In this document: one piece after another, positions 61,571 through 64,000 of the stretch
How positions within the stretch are numbered: the stretch's first letter is position 1
Layout: every line of letters starts with the position of its first letter
Source: Laetmonice hystrix
Taxonomy: Eukaryota
NCBI GenBank assembly: GCA_965235115.1
Contig: OZ249447.1
Span: 9,424,001-9,488,000 of the forward strand
Reading direction: 5' to 3'
DNA: 64,000 nt
Program-made: the position numbers and the translations under genes
The notes under the pieces: model-generated
Told to the model about the DNA's origin: nothing
The model's database searches: none
What the model saw: the letters and a program-made list of their open reading frames with translations, nothing else

Positions 61571-61819
61571 CAGGGTTCCCACGGTCATGAAAAGTCAAGG
61601 AAAATAGAAAAACAAGGGAACGTCATTAAATTTGAGATTTCTCTTGAACTACATTTCTGTTTCTGTTAGACCTAAATTATAAAGTTTCACGACGTACTAG
61701 CAGACAATTCTGGGATTTTAGTGTATTTTATTAATTTTATCCGGAATTGGTCATGAAATTTGGGAGTTTTGGTCTGGAAAATCATGAAATGTCAGTATAG
61801 CCAACCTGTGGGAACCCTG
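61571..61819. mobile_element. hAT-like MITE
   Basis: 12 bp TIR CAGGGTTCCCAC / GTGGGAACCCTG; subterminal GTCATGAAA motifs; no clean 8 bp TSD. Confidence 0.7.
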
Positions 61820-63879
61820 TAATACTTTTTACATTCCAGTGTAGTATACCGGGTAATAAATGTACATTTCTTAAATTCAGAAAAAGCTTATTTATTTAAT
61901 CTATGGCAACCCATATGCTCAGTTCTTGGTACCCCGGTAACTGAAATCGATCGTGGACAGAACCCAGGTATTATAGATGCCACATGTGAGTTTTGTAATC
62001 TTGAGCCGACTTGAATGTTGAAGTTAGTTTGATAGTTCTAACTCAGTACGTGGTAAACTCATGGTAAAGCTTTCTTTCAGCCATGAGGCAAAAATATGAT
62101 TTAGCTAGTAGGAACAAAATACATGATGTACATTCAAAAACTATACATATAGAGTATGCAAGAGGAGCTTGGGCTGGAGCATGTCTCTACTACTTTAAGT
62201 GACCGAGCACCTTCAGGCCTCCAAGTACTTTACTGAGTTTAATATGTTTGGGGTGGTCTAGAAAAAATACACAAACTTGACTGTTTCTTGGCTTTACGAT
62301 GTTCTTCGTAATTGTTAGTGGGGAAATGGTAACGCTATTACTATTGAGTAAATAAAAGGAGGGCCCTGAACATTGGAAAAAAGGAGTTGTCCATAAACCT
62401 GATATGAAGCACTCGGTATAAAGACAGTTGAAGCCATATACATGTACAGGTATTGTCCGTTTTGTACAGGTAAGGAGTAAATGGTGGGGCAGAGTGATTG
62501 TCACACTTGATTACACACGAGTCGTGGGATACGTGAAAACTTGGCAGAACCCAAGTACTGATAGCCCCGGACTGTTTGAACCCGTGCTTGAAACCCCTCC
62601 AATTTATAATTTGCCGATTTGGATATCAGGGGTTAAAGGCTAATACTCTTTTTATGGGGGGGGGGGGGGGTTAACCTGATAAAAAATTAAGAGTTCGAAT
62701 GATGCCATTCTCCTCATGTATTCCAATTGATGGCTACTATTAGGACATGTAAATCGATCCATGGGTAATACGATAAATAAAGGTACAGAATTCCATTGCT
62801 TTTTGTGAAGACTGGCGCTTGTATAGTCCAACCTTGAGAGTCTGTAAATAGCATACAGCATGAATTATAATGATGTAAATAATACCTCCATGAAATGAGG
62901 ATGTCGTGTGGCTTTCATACAAGAAGTGCGCCGGTAGATGCAGTGCCACGTATTTATTTGTGAGCTACTGGTACCTCCAGGTCTCTTATTGATTTTTGTA
63001 CTGAACTGATGAGGATCATGTGGTAGGCAGATGAACAGGTGTTACAGGCGACACTTTCATATTAAAATCGCAATACCAGTATGGCGTGGCACAAAATTCC
63101 TCCACTCTGGCGGGGAAATTGTCGTGGGAATAAAATATTACAAATTCCAATATTATACATGTACAGCCGCTTTTTTGTCGTTTCTATCGACTCTACCAAA
63201 AATTTGCCTAATTGATTAATCACGCTGTATCTTCTCAATATTGGATTATTTTATCCACTTTCTCCTTTCTCTTAAGAAAAATTCACTCGTGAAAAGTTTT
63301 TAAACAATGATTTACTGGTCAGAAACTACCGTGTACATGTACGATTGAGTGTCCCGCCCATTTCCCTATGTAATGACCCCTGATGCATCAGTCGGATCAT
63401 GGCAAAATAAATACAATGTATTTGCAAATTTTATTTGCCTTATTTGTACACAATTCGGCTATCTGTCTTGGAGCAAACAAAGCAGTATTTATGAGCTCTT
63501 TGTAACATTTTCCATAACGTGGTAAGAGGTAAGTCTGTCATCAGACTTTTTGTAAACGTTTGTGGACACGGTGGACTTCTACTATTACTAAACCCTAGTT
63601 CACTGCCAGTCTATAAAAATACTTGTCTACAATTAGCACCAATCAGTTAATAAACGGCTCCATAGAACCAATCAATTAATAAACGACCAGGTGAATACAT
63701 TGCACACATTCTGTACGTCATCCGTACACACGCACAACCAACCAACCGCACAACCGTATCTGTGATATATCTAACAAGATCAAACTTCAGATTAACTTTC
63801 ACAAACTTGCAGTGGTCAGGAAAACGTCAAACAAGTAATTATAGTTCATTAAAGAGTCAGGAAAAGAAATATTTCTTAC

Positions 63880-63931
63880 CATTAACTCTGAAGTGACAAA
63901 ACAGAACCATCAAGATAGCCGAAGTTAACAT
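63880..63931 (-). CDS. Possible first coding exon (signal-peptide-like) of an unidentified minus-strand gene
   Basis: ATG at 63931 gives MLTSAILMVLFCHFRVN-G followed by a phase-1 GTAAG donor; no downstream exon could be identified. Confidence 0.25.
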
Positions 63932-64000
63932 CTGAGCTTCAGTCTAAAGGGCGAGTTGCCGGCCTGAGCTCCACAAAACGCCAGGATCTCAGTAAATTCC

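Overview
Eukaryotic, intron-containing animal genomic DNA; the composition and repeat style suggest a marine invertebrate, possibly an echinoderm (inference only). Gene order: MFSD5 (-, 13 coding exons, 12852-21657) head-to-head with an intronless EFL1 (+, 23524-26952); a ~10 kb unit present three times in tandem (24682-55035), each carrying an apparently intact 9-coding-exon SLC43A3-like transporter, with decayed EFL1 fragments heading copies 2 and 3; then MON1 (+, 8 coding exons, 55439-60458). The first ~12 kb and the introns hold many short non-autonomous DNA transposons (MITEs), an inverted duplication and local tandem repeats. Comparing the three copies exposes empty versus filled insertion sites, a templated insertion, a mosaic recombination history, and recurrent gains of a short TAGGCCTA-type palindrome. 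No rRNA, tRNA, CRISPR array or intact transposase/RT ORF was recognised. All alignments were done by eye.
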